A stretch of 64,000 nt of DNA, taken from the NCBI GenBank assembly GCA_964016885.1, contig OZ024743.1, positions 56,792,001-56,856,000 on the forward strand, read 5' to 3'. The notes beneath the pieces were generated by a model that had not been told where the DNA came from, ran no database searches, and saw nothing but the letters and a program-made list of their open reading frames with translations. Made by a program: the position numbers and the translations under genes. Source of the DNA: Eledone cirrhosa (Eukaryota). Shown here piece by piece: positions 10,835 through 24,116 of this stretch; within the stretch, counting starts at the first letter, position 1, and each line of letters begins with the position of its first letter.

Positions 10835-12556
10835 ATCATCATCATCATCATCATCATCATCATTGTTTAACGTCCATATTCCGCGCTTGCATGGGTTTGG
10901 ACGGGAGTTTTCCCATTTGAGGCAAGAGTGGTTGTCTTGCTCGCATAGGACTGTCTGGCGGGTTTTCTATGGCTGGATGCCCTTCCTAACACCAACCACA
11001 TTTACAGTGTGGAACTGGGAGGTTTTTACCGTGTTACCTACACGGCCACATTACAGCGTGGACTATGTGTTTTTTTGTCGTGACACCTACACGACCTCAT
11101 TTGTTTCGGGCTGGATGTTGTGGTACCAACATAACTTTACATTGAAAGGGGTGGTGTGGATGGGGTGGGGGTAGTGGGATGGGGGTGTATTTTGTTAGAG
11201 GTGCCTACTGACTGTAGTAGGTTTCACTTTGTACTTAGGTAAGGCGGGTCTTCTCTATTATTGTGGAGCGCCAAAGATCTCGGTCCAGTGACATTGTCTT
11301 GGAGAGGTGTAAGTGTGTGAGGTCGGAATTTATCAAGTCGTCCCAGGTTTTTCTGGGTCTGCCTACTCCGTGGCTACCGTCTATTTTTATAGCCCTGCAC
11401 TTTTTTATACAGCTGTCGTCTTTCATGCGCATCACGTGACCATACCAACGTAGCCTTCTCTCGAGTAAACAACATCTGATCCCTCTTATTTCTAATTTTT
11501 CCCTTAGTTCGTTTATGCTTTGCCGTTCACGTATATTACTATTACACATCCAGCGGAGCATGCAAGCTTCGTTCCTCTCCAGTCTGCGTATATCCTCTGC
11601 ACACAATGCCCAGGTCTCACTGCCATGCAACATTGCTGTTCGTATGCAGGTATCATACAGCCTGCCTTTCATTTTTAGGGAGAACCCTTTAGCGGCTAAT
11701 AGTGGTATAAGCTCTCTGAACTTTTTCCATCCAGTTCTGACTCTAGCTACTGTACTTTCAGAGCACCCTCCACCACTGCTGATTTTGTCACCCAGGTAAC
11801 GGAAGCTGTCCACTATTTCTATAGAACCATCTGTGCAATTGAATGAGCTAGTATTCTGTGGGCACTTGCTGCTACTTATTGCACCAGAGCACCGGCCACA
11901 TATAAAATCTATGTTCTTAGTTAGCTTACCTGTGATCTCACTACATCTTTTATGCACCCATACTTTGCATTTGGGACATAAAATGGAGTTTCTGCCTACT
12001 CCTTTCCTACACATTGAGCATGGCCATTTCCCGGATGGGACCGGCGCCCTATTTTCCTTCCTACAAACTAGAACTTTAGTCTTAGACAGGTTAATTTTAA
12101 GGCCTTTTGATTCTAGGCCATGCTTCCATGTTTGGAATTTCTTCTCTAGTTCGGCCATTGATTCAGCTATGAGCGTTAGATCATCTGCGTATAGGAGTTC
12201 CCATGGGCAGCCGGTCTTGAACTCCACTGTTATAGCCTGAAGGGCAATAATAAATAGTAGGGGGCTAAGAACGGAGCCCTGATGAACACCAACTTTTACG
12301 CTAAACTCTTCACTATATTCGTTGTTAATTCTAACCTTGCTGACTGTTTCTTTATACATGGCTTGTATAGCTCTCACAAGCCATTCATCAACACCTAGTT
12401 TTCTAAGAGCTCACCAGATAATGGAACGGGGGACTCTGTCGAAGGCTTTCTCCAAGTCGACAAAAGCTAAGTATAGGGGTTTACTTTTAGCTAGGTACTT
12501 CTCCTGTAGTTGTCGTACAATGAAAAGAGCGTCTGTGGTACTTTTGCCTGACACAA
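10835..12556 (-). mobile_element. 5'-truncated young RTE LINE, RT with internal Cys/His finger, one nonsense codon (12413-12411)
   Basis: FVDLEKAFDRV, GVHQGSVLSPLLF, YADDL, FRYLG, WYGHV; (GAT)n tail. Confidence 0.96.
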
Positions 12557-12582
12557 ACACCGAATATATATATATATATATA

Positions 12583-13002
12583 CAGTGGAACATCAGTTCA
12601 CAAACTTAATTCGTTCCTGAAAGCTGTTCATCACCCAAACTATTTTTCCCATACAAAATGTTGAGAGAGAAATACAGTGACAGAAAGACTGTGTGTGAAA
12701 AAGGCAGATAGATATCACCATAGTAATAACCATACAGCAAATGATGCTTTCCCACCGATACTCCAAGCTTGTTGCTGGTTTGCGTATTCATTACTCAAGA
12801 TACCGTTCCTGAACTGAGATGTTTCATGTTGGGAAAAATTGTTCGTGAATTGATTTGTTCATAAATACTCTCTGGTCCCAAATATTGGGGGGTAATTTTT
12901 CCAGGTTGTGTCCGTTGATCTTTTTTTAAAAACCAGAATTAGTAGGTTAATTTACATAGAGATCTCAACCCATCCTGTTTATTTTATACTGAGGTTCCAC
13001 TA
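12583..13002. mobile_element. pogo/Tigger-like MITE
   Basis: CAGTGGAACATC...GAGGTTCCACT TIRs embedded in (TA)n. Confidence 0.75.
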
Positions 13003-13666
13003 TATATATATGGTCTGCTATGAGTGCGACCAACTGGCCTGACTTCCATCATAATGGGCCCGCCCAGCTCCCAAAATACAGTTCTGTTTGAATAAAGTGC
13101 AGCCAACTGGCCAAACTTGTATCATAACGTGGACTATATCATAACTTGTATCTAACCTATGCAAGCATGGAAAATGGACGTTAAACGATGATGCTTATAT
13201 ATATATATGGCAATTTTCTTTTTTTTAAGACAAGGAGACAACAATCACATGATATTATTTTCTTTTCATTAAGGTGTAATTTCAATCAAAATGTTGTGAT
13301 TTAGAATATTAAGTTTTTTAGTTCCTCCCACTTAACTATGTTTTTCATGCAGAAGGCATTCCTATGAAATATTCATCAATTATGTTTTCAAATTCCTTAA
13401 TGTTTTTCACTCAAAACGTATATATATATTGTCAGAGTCATTCATATGTGTGGTATGAGTAAGACTATTTTGCTGAGGAAGTCTAAAAAAAATTGAAACA
13501 TGCCTGAAGTTGTAACTATTTTGTTCTCGATTCAATTTTTAATTTGAGTTTCAGAGTTGTCCCCCTTGATAGTGTTAATTACAAGAATTAAGCACTAAAT
13601 TTAATGATTTTGTTCCTTTCATTATGATTGTAATTGTAAAACTGATTTTGCACGTTACATTAAATA

Positions 13667-13953
13667 CTCTCTGGTCCCAAATATTGGGAGGTAATTTTTC
13701 CAGGTTGTGTCCGTTGATCTTTTTTTAAAAACCAGAATTAGTAGGTTAATTTACATAGAGATCTCAACCCATCCTGTTTATTTTATAATGTATAAGATTT
13801 CTAGTAATGTACGTTTTTCTGTTATGTATAATGTTTTTTAATGCATAAAGAAAATTAATTGTCGCAGGAATACCATTTAAAATATAATTTCGCTGGATTT
13901 AGATAGCAAAATTTAATAAGAGGAGGGGGGGGGGGTTAATTGAAAGACGGGAG
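13667..13953 (+). mobile_element. TA-flanked Tc1/mariner-type MITE; second copy about 48800-49104
   Basis: Degenerate CTCTGGTCYCAAAT-like TIRs; body tttttaaaaaccagaattagt...gcaggaat shared between copies. Confidence 0.7.
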
Positions 13954-14094
13954 TAGGTTAGTTTCTAATTAACTATAAGAATAGATGTGATGGTTATGTT
14001 GTCTAAGGCTACAGACATGCTTTTTGAAAATATGTTTCTTTTTTTTTTACTGATAAATAAGTGAGGGAAGAATGGACATGAGAATGATTTGGTG

Positions 14095-15932
14095 GATGAG
14101 AAAGTTAGTTATGTTACTAAATCACTCAAATCCTTCATTATATTAATTATTTAAAAAATATAAGCAGTGTATTTCATTAAAAATAAGGTAATGAAAAGGT
14201 TAAAGTTTTCATATTTATCTAAAACCCTTCCATCATGTTTTATGTAAGAACCACTGTTGTGTTCAAAACACCAGCTTAATAAATAAGCAAGTTATGTTAC
14301 AAAATCCCTCCTAATTCTGGATTATTTACAAAATAATTTGGAAGTAATAGCCAATGTATTCATTAGAAATATGATAACAAAAGAGGTAAAGTATTTATAT
14401 TTATCTAAAAGCTTCTAATCATAACTTTATGTAAAGACCTTTTATTAAGTTATGTTTCAATCACCAGCTAAATAATGAGAAAGTTATATTACTGAATCAT
14501 TGTAAATTTTTCATTATTTAAAAACATAGTGAAACATAATAGGCAATGTATTTCATTAAAAATATGGTAACAAAATGATTAAAGTGTTTATATTTATCTG
14601 AAAACCTGCAATCATATTTTATATCAGAACTGTTAATTTATGTTCCAAACACCAGATTAATAAATTTATCTAAATCCCTTATGATTCTGGATTATTTTCA
14701 AAATGATTTGGAAATCATAGGCAGTGTATTTCATTTGAAATATATTAACAAAAGAGGTAAAGTGTTTATATTTATCTGAAAACTTGCTTATGTACGAGGG
14801 CGGTGCTGAAAAGTTCCTGGCTGATTGCTGCTCGCTAATGAGATCGAGATCGAAATCGTGTAGGTGTCACGACTAAAAAAACACACAGTCCACACTGTCA
14901 TGTGGCCGTGTAGGTAACGCGGTAAAAAGTTCCCAGTTCCACACTGTAAATGTGGTTGGTGTTAGGAAGGGCATCCAGCCATAGAAAACCTGCCAGATAG
15001 TCCTATATGAGCGAGACATGGTCATCCGACCAACCTTGCTTCAAGTGGGACAACTCCCATCTAACCCATGCTAATGTGGAAGATGGACGTGAAACGAAGA
15101 TGATGATGATGATGATGATGTGGTTTGAAGTCCAACCTTCTGAATTCTTTTTATAGGGCTTAGAAAAAACTGAAAGTTCGCTGCAACGAGTATGTGAATC
15201 TGAGAAGGGAATATGTTAGATAAAATGATAACTTATCTTCCTGTATTTTCTTTTATCTAAAGCCAGGAACTTTCCAGCACCCTCTCATAAGAATCTTTCT
15301 TAAATTACATTCCAAACGCCAGCTTAATAATGAGAAATTAATTTTTCTAAATAGATCCAGATTCTTCCTTATTTAAAAAAATTATTGAAACATCATAGGT
15401 AGCATATTTCATTAAAAATATAGTAAAGAAAGGATTAAATTTATGTTCCAAACACCAGCTTAATAAATAATAAAGTTATATTACTAAATCTCTTCCAATT
15501 CTAAATTGTTTTCAAAATTATTTGGAAATCATAGTAAATGTATTTCATTAGAAATATGGTAACAAAAGAGTTAAAGCGTATATTTATCTAAAAACCTTCC
15601 AACATAATTTTATGTAAAGAACCTTTGTTAAATTATGCTCCAAACACTAGGTTGATAATGAGAAAGTTAGTTATATTACAAAATCTCTCCAAATCTTGAT
15701 TATATTTACAATTATTTAAAAATCATAAGCAGTGTATTTTGTGATAAATATGGTAATGAAAAAATTTATCTGAAAACCTATCATAATTTTATCTAAGAAC
15801 CTTTTTTAAATTATGTTCCAAATGCCATCTTAATAATGAGAAAGTTATTTTTACATCCAAATTCTTCAGTATTTAAAAAATTGTGTGTTAGCCACAGACT
15901 TTCATTAGAAATATATTTACAAAAGGATTAAA
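14095..15932 (+). repeat. Tandem array of about 8 partial MITE-B units (about 120-190 bp)
   Basis: Repeated ...gtatttcattagaaatatggtaacaaaagagkt(t)aaagtgtttatatttatct... Confidence 0.85.
14795..15287 (+). mobile_element. Internally deleted mariner element with a nested RTE tail (about 14853-15120)
   Basis: TA-CGAGGGCGGTGCTGAAAAGTTCCTGGCT...AGCCAGGAACTTTCCAGCACCCTCTCA-TA; remnant WFEVQPSEFF...LKVRCNEYVNLRREYV resembles the mariner transposase C-terminus. Confidence 0.88.
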
Positions 15933-15958
15933 CAAGGTTATATGTTATGTTCACTCAC

Positions 15959-16183
15959 CTTTAACATATTGAACTCATAGTATTGGTAACCTTTGAAACT
16001 TTCTGACACAGCAGTCATAGTTCGAGATGTTTTCTCCCAAAAATGGAGCAATGTAGACTGGTAATTGGCAAGTACATGAGAGAACATATTACATCGACTA
16101 GCAGCAAGCAAATCAATTTTCTGCATTACGTCTAATTTCAGTTTATCAAACCGAGCTTTAGTTTTCCTAACTTGAGCTTGAAC
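15959..16183 (-). CDS. ICA1: ICA69 coding exon 6
   Basis: ttttcag|...|gtgagt, 225 nt; VQAQVRKTKARFDKLKLDVMQKIDLLAASRCNMFSH...LLHFWEKTSRTM...FKGYQYYEFNMLK. Confidence 0.97.
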
Positions 16184-16304
16184 CTGAAAATATATTGTAA
16201 TAAATGGAAGCAGAAAATAAAATGTGTAGCAATATTTATCTTTTAATTAATTATGTCACCAGAAAATGTGGTTTTGTAGTTTATCGGTTATCTGGACGCT
16301 TTTT

Positions 16305-16960
<656 letters not shown>

Positions 16961-17797
16961 CTATGTTATGGGCACACTTGTTTGTGAAATGCTCAGTCAC
17001 ATGTATGTGAATTTCACAAGGAGGCAGTTCCGGTGTTCAAACATTTATGGGAACCAAAGGAGAAGCAACAACAACATCGTACCAGAGGTGTAGCAAGGGA
17101 GATGTGAAGAGGAACAGTTGTTCCTGGCTGCAGAATTTCCTGTCATCATCATCATCATTTTAAGTCCATTTTCTAGTGTGCTATGCCTTGCTCATATGTT
17201 CCATATGCCTTTCCTAATGCCAACCACCATACAGAATGTACCAGGTACATTTTATCATGGTATCAGCACTACCTTTTACAGAGTGTACTGGGTACTTTTT
17301 ATTGAGGTACTAGTAATAACACTTTACAGAGTATACTGGGAGCATTTTATTATAACATTAGCACAAGAGAGATTGTCATGTATTCAGTAAGATTGTAGAA
17401 ACTTCTCTACCCTATATTGTCTCCATTTAATCGCCAACTACTTGACAGAGTGAAGTGGATTCTTTTTATTGTAGCACCAACACTAACTTTTTACAGTGTG
17501 TACTGGGAACATTTTAATCATGGCACCAACACTAACCCTTTACAGAGTGTACTGGAAGTATTTTATTATGGCACCAGTACTAGAGTGTCATATACTCGGT
17601 AAGACTATATTGTCTCCGTTCAATCGCTAATCACTTTACAGAGTGTACGAGGTGCATTTTATTGTGGTCTCAACAATAGAGAAGTTGTCAAGTATTTGAA
17701 AGAACCAAAGGAGATTCTTTCTATTTCATATTGTTTCTAGAAAAGAAATGAGTTAATTCCTTAGAATAAAATCTAAATAGTTATAGTAGACATTAAC

Positions 17798-17921
17798 CTT
17801 TGCTGTGCAGCAAAACTTTGCGATTTACCAACAGCTGCCATCATCTTGCCAGCTCTTGTCTTGTCAACAGAACTCTGTGATTTAAGGAAACGACCAGCAG
17901 CATTTTCCTCCTGAGATAATG
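17798..17921 (-). CDS. ICA1: ICA69 coding exon 4
   Basis: ctttgtag|...|gttaat, 124 nt; LSQEENAAGRFLKSQSSVDKTRAGKMMAAVGKSQSFAAQQ, with the ICA1 motifs LSQEEN and DKTRAGKMM. Confidence 0.96.
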
Positions 17922-19159
17922 CTACAAAGAGAAAATAAAATAGGGGTAAAAAAATGCATTAAATTTTTTGATATTTTTATATCTATGGAGACGGTGAATT
18001 GGCAGAGTCATTAGGACGTCAGATAGAATTCTTTGCTGCGATATTCGTTTTGGCTCTCTGCTCTCTGAGTTCAAATCCTGCCAGGGTCAACTTTGCCTTT
18101 CATTTATTCAAGGTCGATAAAAAAAGTACCAGATTAGTACTGGGTTGGAATGGTGAGAAAGATATATTCTCTATATCTCTTTCTCACTGCAATTTTTTCA
18201 CTCACTCTCTATCCTTCTATGGAAGAAAATCTGCTATATTCAGACCTGGAGATGGGTTCTGCCAGGTGAAAAAATGCCCTAGAAATGCTGTATGTCAATA
18301 TGGTACCCCTATAACTCCCTCTGAACTATACATACATATCTATAGAAACCTATCAATAAATATGATGTGAATCCTTACTCGGTAGCTCACTGTTACTAAT
18401 AATTTTTAATTAGAGTAAACAATGGATAGCTTAAGAAATCATCATCATTGTTTAACATCCATTTCCCCCGATAGCATGGGTTAGATGAGTTGTCCTGATG
18501 TTGTGAGACTAGTCAGATCAAGTGACTGTGTCTTGCTTATACAGAACTGTTTTTGGCTTGGTTTCTACAGCAGGGTGCCCTTCCTAACGCCAACCACATT
18601 TACAGGGTGGACTGGGTGCTTTTTATTATGGCACCAAAATGACCAACTGACAAGTTGGACTGGATACTGTTTCAACTGTCCATGATTCGATAACAAAGCT
18701 GTTTATTTTAAAGTGTTTATATTTATCTAAAATAAATAGCTTTGTTCTCATAGAATCAAGGATGGTTTTGGTATCAAAATGATTAAAATGGGTTTTGGAA
18801 AGTAACTTAACAGAAGGTTCATACATAAAATTATTATAGAAGGCTTATATTTAAAACTGCCAGTTTTGTATCAGAGAACCAAGGTTGTTATCAAAAACAT
18901 TATGTCAGTTGGCAGTATCAGCAGAGCATCAGACATACTTTGCAACATAGAGTTTATGCCCTTTACTTTCAGAGTTCAAATCCCACCAAAGTTAACTTTA
19001 CTGTTCATCCTTACAGGGTTGATAAAATAAAATACCAGTAATGCACTGGGTCAATTTAATAGATATTCCCCTTCCCCCAAAATTGTTGCCTAGTGCCTAA
19101 ATCAGAAACTATTATTTATATTATGCAGATTATTTCAGTTTAAAATAGTTAACCTCTAT

Positions 19160-19455
19160 ACCATGTATAGAGTGCGTAGCTTTGAGATCAGAGTATTGTT
19201 CCAGGTAGAGCCACCACTTCTCCAAATACTACGGACATATGGTCAGAATCTCTTGGGGAAAACCCAACTAGCAGGAGACCCATGGGTAGACCCTGAGCAA
19301 TCTAGCTGGATAACATTCATGAGCTTGGCTAGTCTCACTTGGGGATCCAGCTAGATCAATTAGAGACAGTTGCTTCTGACAGGACCCACTCAAAGGCGTG
19401 CTTGGTGACTCTGCTGCCACTACCTTCCTAGGAATAAGTGGGAGAAGAAAAAGAT
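19160..19455 (+). mobile_element. 3' fragment of a second RTE family; also 21880-22255 and 40355-40492
   Basis: Shared gagacagttgcttctgacaggacccact...ggaataagtggg(aaga)n end; homologous to 57160-57945. Confidence 0.8.
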
Positions 19456-19759
19456 AACTTCTATTATTAACATTAATAAGATAATAGTAAATAACTAAAA
19501 ACATGTGTTTATAGCTTGATAAGAATTAATTTTAAACACTGAACAACTGTCAGTTCTCACGTTGGGTCTTCATAACCATTGCAGGTTAGTAGGTCATCTC
19601 AGATTAGATATTTTAATAGTAGCCGATCTGAAACCGTAACTTATTCTATGATAAAGTTATGTCGAGCGTCCCACCACCACCACCACTCTCGTTCATGACT
19701 GACGATAGGCTTGCGCCTGGGCAAAGTGTATTGTGGAAGACCAGCAGCCCACATACTGC

Positions 19760-20010
19760 ACACCACAACAGTACTACATACACAACACCACTATGTATTC
19801 CCCAACAACACTACATACTCCACAACACCCTACACACACCAGACACAATACCCTACACACTCACACCACCACAACACCCAACACACACACCACATCCACA
19901 ACACCCTACACACACACCACATCCACAACACCCAACACAGCCACAACACTCAATACACACACAACACAGCCACAACACTCAATACACACACACCACAGCC
20001 ACAACAGTGG
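19760..20010. repeat. CA/CAC low-complexity minisatellite
   Basis: Repeats of cacaacacccwacacacacaccacatc and cacagccacaacactcaatacaca. Confidence 0.9.
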
Positions 20011-20240
20011 TTAAATCTATTTTATGTCCATTGGTGATGAATCATCATTTGGTTGAAGTAACATCAATAATAACAAGTTCAAAGTTATTTCAACAGCTGG
20101 AACATCTGACCACACATGGAAGCTTGATTAAGACAAATATCAATGAGATGACATTTTATATGGCTTACAACAACTAGCATTCTAACCCTTTTGATACCAA
20201 ACTACCTGAAATCACCCCTAGGTCTATGGTACAAAACTGT

Positions 20241-20454
20241 TTAACCCTTTAGCATTTAAACCGGCTATATCTGGCCAGAATACTCTCACCTCTTTCTGTT
20301 CAAACCAGCCATAACTCGCCACATATACCTACATTAAGGTATTGTTCTCAAAATTTCGTAGATATGATATTATGTGAGATAATTATGTTAAATAAAGCCT
20401 TTACTGTGAAAATACAATAGTAAATATAGAATAATGTAAATGCTAAAGGTTTAA
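20241..20454 (+). mobile_element. piggyBac-like MITE family A
   Basis: TTAA-CCCTTTAGCATTT...AAATGCTAAAGGT-TTAA terminal inverted repeats; inserted into a family B MITE starting near 20182. Confidence 0.85.
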
Positions 20455-22298
20455 AGTGTTAATCATCATTTTAGGTGGTGAATTGGCAGAGTCGTTAAGA
20501 ATGCTTTGTGGTATTCGTTCCGGCTTTCTGCTCTCTGAGTTTAAATCCCGTCATGGTTAACTTTGCTTTTCGTCCTTTCTCAAATTCTATCCTTCTCTGG
20601 AAGAAATCTGCTGTGTTTAGACCTAGAGAGGGATAGGCTCCACCAGACTAAAAATGCCCCCACAATGCTGTATGCCACTACAGTACCTCTATGACTCCAT
20701 CAAGATTTACAGAAACATACCATACCATCACATCACCATTTTATGCCTACTTTCTATATTGGCCTGAGTTAGATAGTTTGTCACGTTTTAAAATCTGGCA
20801 GATCAGATGACCCCATCATACTTATATATTCCATTTTGGAACAATTTCTATAGCTGGATGCCCTTCCTAATGCTAACCACATATATTGGGTGCATTTTAT
20901 CATGGCACCACCACTACTATCATACAGAGTGGGCTAGGTGCTTTTTATTGTGGCACCAGCACTGCCATTTTACAGTATGGCCTGGGGCTTTTTATTGTGG
21001 CACCAACATTACTACTTTATAGGGTGGACTGCTTTTTTTTATGATTTATCTAAAAACTTTCCATCATAATTTTATTCCTATTATTCCTCTCACCCAGTCA
21101 TTTTCATCCTTCCTCAACACATGACCCAACCATTTCATTCCATTTGTTGTCACATGTATCCTTGGCTTTATTCCCATCATTCCAGTCACTTTCATGAGCA
21201 TTTTCCAATCATTATCATGATTATTTAACATGTTTTACCATGCTAGCATAGGTTGAACGGGTCATCACAAATTAAGTCAGCACTCAATCAGGGCCACTGC
21301 TCTCACAGACAGGCTGGGGGTTGCTTCTTGCTCACATATGTTCCTACACTTTGCAAAGTATATTGGGTATTTTCATCATAGCACCAGCACTAGGGAGGTT
21401 GTCATGCCCTTGACACAACTGAAGAGTCCTCAAAACCCTTTGTTTAGCAATAGTAATATGATGTTCACCATGTTTTATACTCTGCTGTAAGTGGAAATAA
21501 CGATTAGAAATATTCTTTATGTCCTGTTCATAATCATCATCTTCATCGATTTTCCGTCCACTGGCCATGCTGGCATGGGTTGGACAGGTTGTCACCTGAC
21601 GGATCGGAGTGACCTCATCATGCTTATTTATACCTTTCATATTAGGCAAGCATGGATTCTATGGCTGGATGCCTTTCCTAACATCAACCACTTTAAAGAG
21701 TATACTGGGTTCATTTTTTTCATGGCAGCAGCATTACCCCATTACAAGGTGGACTTTACTGTGGACCTGGCACAAGCACTAGAGAGGTTGCTACACATTC
21801 GTCTAGAGTGCAAAGTCTTCTCTGACCCTATAATAGTCTCTTGCCACATTTACTTAAAAACAAACATCATTGTGAATACAAGCGGCTGATATGGAGTTCC
21901 CCCAAAGGGTTTTTGGTGTAATGTTACTTGATAGAGTGTGTAGCTTGGAGATTAGAGTGTTACTACTTCTGCAAATTGAGAGATCACAGCTTTGACACTA
22001 TAGACATGTGGTTAAAATGTCTCAGAAAAGAATTGCTGGATATAATTTATTGGTAAAACCAGCTGGCAAGAGACCCAGGGTTTGACTCTGAGCAAGATGG
22101 TCAGATAACATCCATGAGCTCAGCTGGTGTCGCTTGAGGATCCAGCCGGATCAACTGGAGACAGTTACTTCTGACAGGACCCCCACTGGAAGGCATATTT
22201 GAGGACTCTGCTCCTACGACCCTCCCAGGAATATGTGGGCAAAGAAGAAAAGAAGAATAACAAAAAGCAATATTATTACAAAAAAGACAATTACTCAC

Positions 22299-22371
22299 CA
22301 CATATCCTATCTTGATATTTTTCTATGACACGTAGTAATTCCATACTAGACTTCTGAACGGCTCGAAATAT
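22299..22371 (-). CDS. ICA1: ICA69 coding exon 3 (AH/BAR domain)
   Basis: ttttag|...|gtgagt, 73 nt; IFRAVQKSSMELLRVIEKYQDRIC; phases 0/1 fit the neighbours. Confidence 0.95.
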
Positions 22372-22439
22372 CTAAAATAACAATTGAAACACAAGTAATT
22401 AATATATTCCTTATGCATTTTGTGAAATATTCTTTAACT

Positions 22440-22850
22440 CATAACATCCTGTACTGTATGAAACTGCATTAGCAAGACATTATATGACTACATCATATAA
22501 AAAAATTAAAGTATTTACATTAAACAGAAAACTTTCACTAAGATCTATTCATTCTTATAAAAACTATAAATATTTAAATTATCTCTTAATGTCCCACATG
22601 AGACTGCATCACATTAAAAATTAAAGTCTTCTGCAATTTATCACAATAATCTATCTAGTAGTAAAAATAGTACAAATATTTGAATTAACAAACCTACAGG
22701 AAACCACACTAGCAAGACATTATTGAAAAGTACAAAACTACATTATGACTGCATCCCATTAACATTTAAAGCCTTTAATACTGCAAATTTTCACACTGAT
22801 CTGTCTACTAGTAAAGATATTTTAAATATTTAAATTAACAAACCTTTCTT
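22440..22850 (+). repeat. Unclassified repeat, 2-3 diverged tandem units; another copy at 63355-63515
   Basis: gaaactrcattagcaagacatt...ttttcac...gatct...aaatatttaaattaacaaacct recurs. Confidence 0.7.
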
Positions 22851-24038
22851 TTTAGATAGTTTCTGCTAAAACATTACCGGACGTTAATTAAGAGTTAAGT
22901 ATTTCAAGCAATTATAGATTTGTTAGAGAATTAGGCACAATGTGTTGCAATATTTGTTTTGGCTTGCTGAACTCTGCATTGAAATCCTGACTTGGTTGAT
23001 TTTCTATTTCTTACTTCCAGAGTCAATAAAGAAAGTACTAATGCAATGCTGGTGCAGTGCCCTTTACCCTTCTAGCTGTCACATCCTGGATGTTCTGCTG
23101 GATTAAAAGCAGAAGGGGGTGGTGGTGCAGAGAGGGTGTCAGCAACTACATGGACACCCAAAACTATAAATATAAGGGTTGTACTGGTGACATAACAAAA
23201 ACGCCAGTACACCTTTTAAGGTGGTCGTGCTGGTGGCATGACATAAAAGCACCAGTCCACCCTGTAAGGTGGTCATGCTGGTGACACGATAAAAAGTACC
23301 AAGTCCACCCTGTTAAGTGGTTATTTCGGTGCCACAATAAAAAGCACCCAGTTACACACTGTAATGTGGTTGTTGTTAGGAAGGGCATCTAGCTGTAGAA
23401 ACTAAGCCAAAATACAGATCTATATGAGCAAGCTATGGTCATCTGACTTGAATTCTCTCATGTGACAACCCGTCTAACCCATGCAAGCAAGGAAAATGGA
23501 CGTTAAACAATGATGATGATGGTACATATTTCCAAATCACCCTCGACAATGAGTGATTCCGTAATATTTTTTATGAGTATATAACTGAATATATGAATTA
23601 TGTAATATCATCATCATCAATTCCACATCCATTTTTCCATACTGGTATGAGTTTGGATGGGATGCTTTGAGTCAATGTACCATTCCTCTTAACCCTTTCA
23701 TGGCTGCATTTCTAATTTTATTTAATTAATGAAGAATTTTAAGGGGTTTACTAAAATTATTAATCATTTAGTAAGATATTAACTTAATGTAAGATTCTTA
23801 TATAAAATTATGTTGGAAGCTTTTAATTTAAATTGGAAACCTTTAAAACGGGTGGCTTTATTTTGTAGAACCAGAGAAAGAGTTAAGACATGCAGAGATA
23901 TGGTGCACCTACTAAACAAACTGGGATATACACTAATACATTTTTTTATTGAACCAAAGTGGAATTGACATGAAACTAAGAAGATATTGATTTTCAATTA
24001 CTTGAAACAAATAAATATGTTGAAATTTTGATGATATA

Positions 24039-24116
24039 CAGGGTGTCCCCCAAAATATATACACACTTCAACAGCATTCTAATCAAAGTATGTATACATT
24101 TTGGGGGGATATCCTG
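24039..24116. mobile_element. 78-bp Tc1/mariner mini-MITE
   Basis: TA-CAGGGTGTCCCCCAAAATATATACA...TGTATACATTTTGGGGGGATATCCTG-TA. Confidence 0.85.

Noticed and set aside
12411-12413. Programmed read-through or Sec TGA in the RTE ORF
   Set aside because: Best explained as a TGG-to-TGA mutation in a 5'-truncated dead copy.
13473-13505. Hammerhead-like CTGAGGA..GAAACATGC on the plus strand
   Set aside because: Stem II and the cleavage triplet are broken; at most a dead Penelope-like remnant.
17987-18090. tRNA genes at A/B-box sequences
   Set aside because: No cloverleaf; they are SINE heads followed by SINE bodies.
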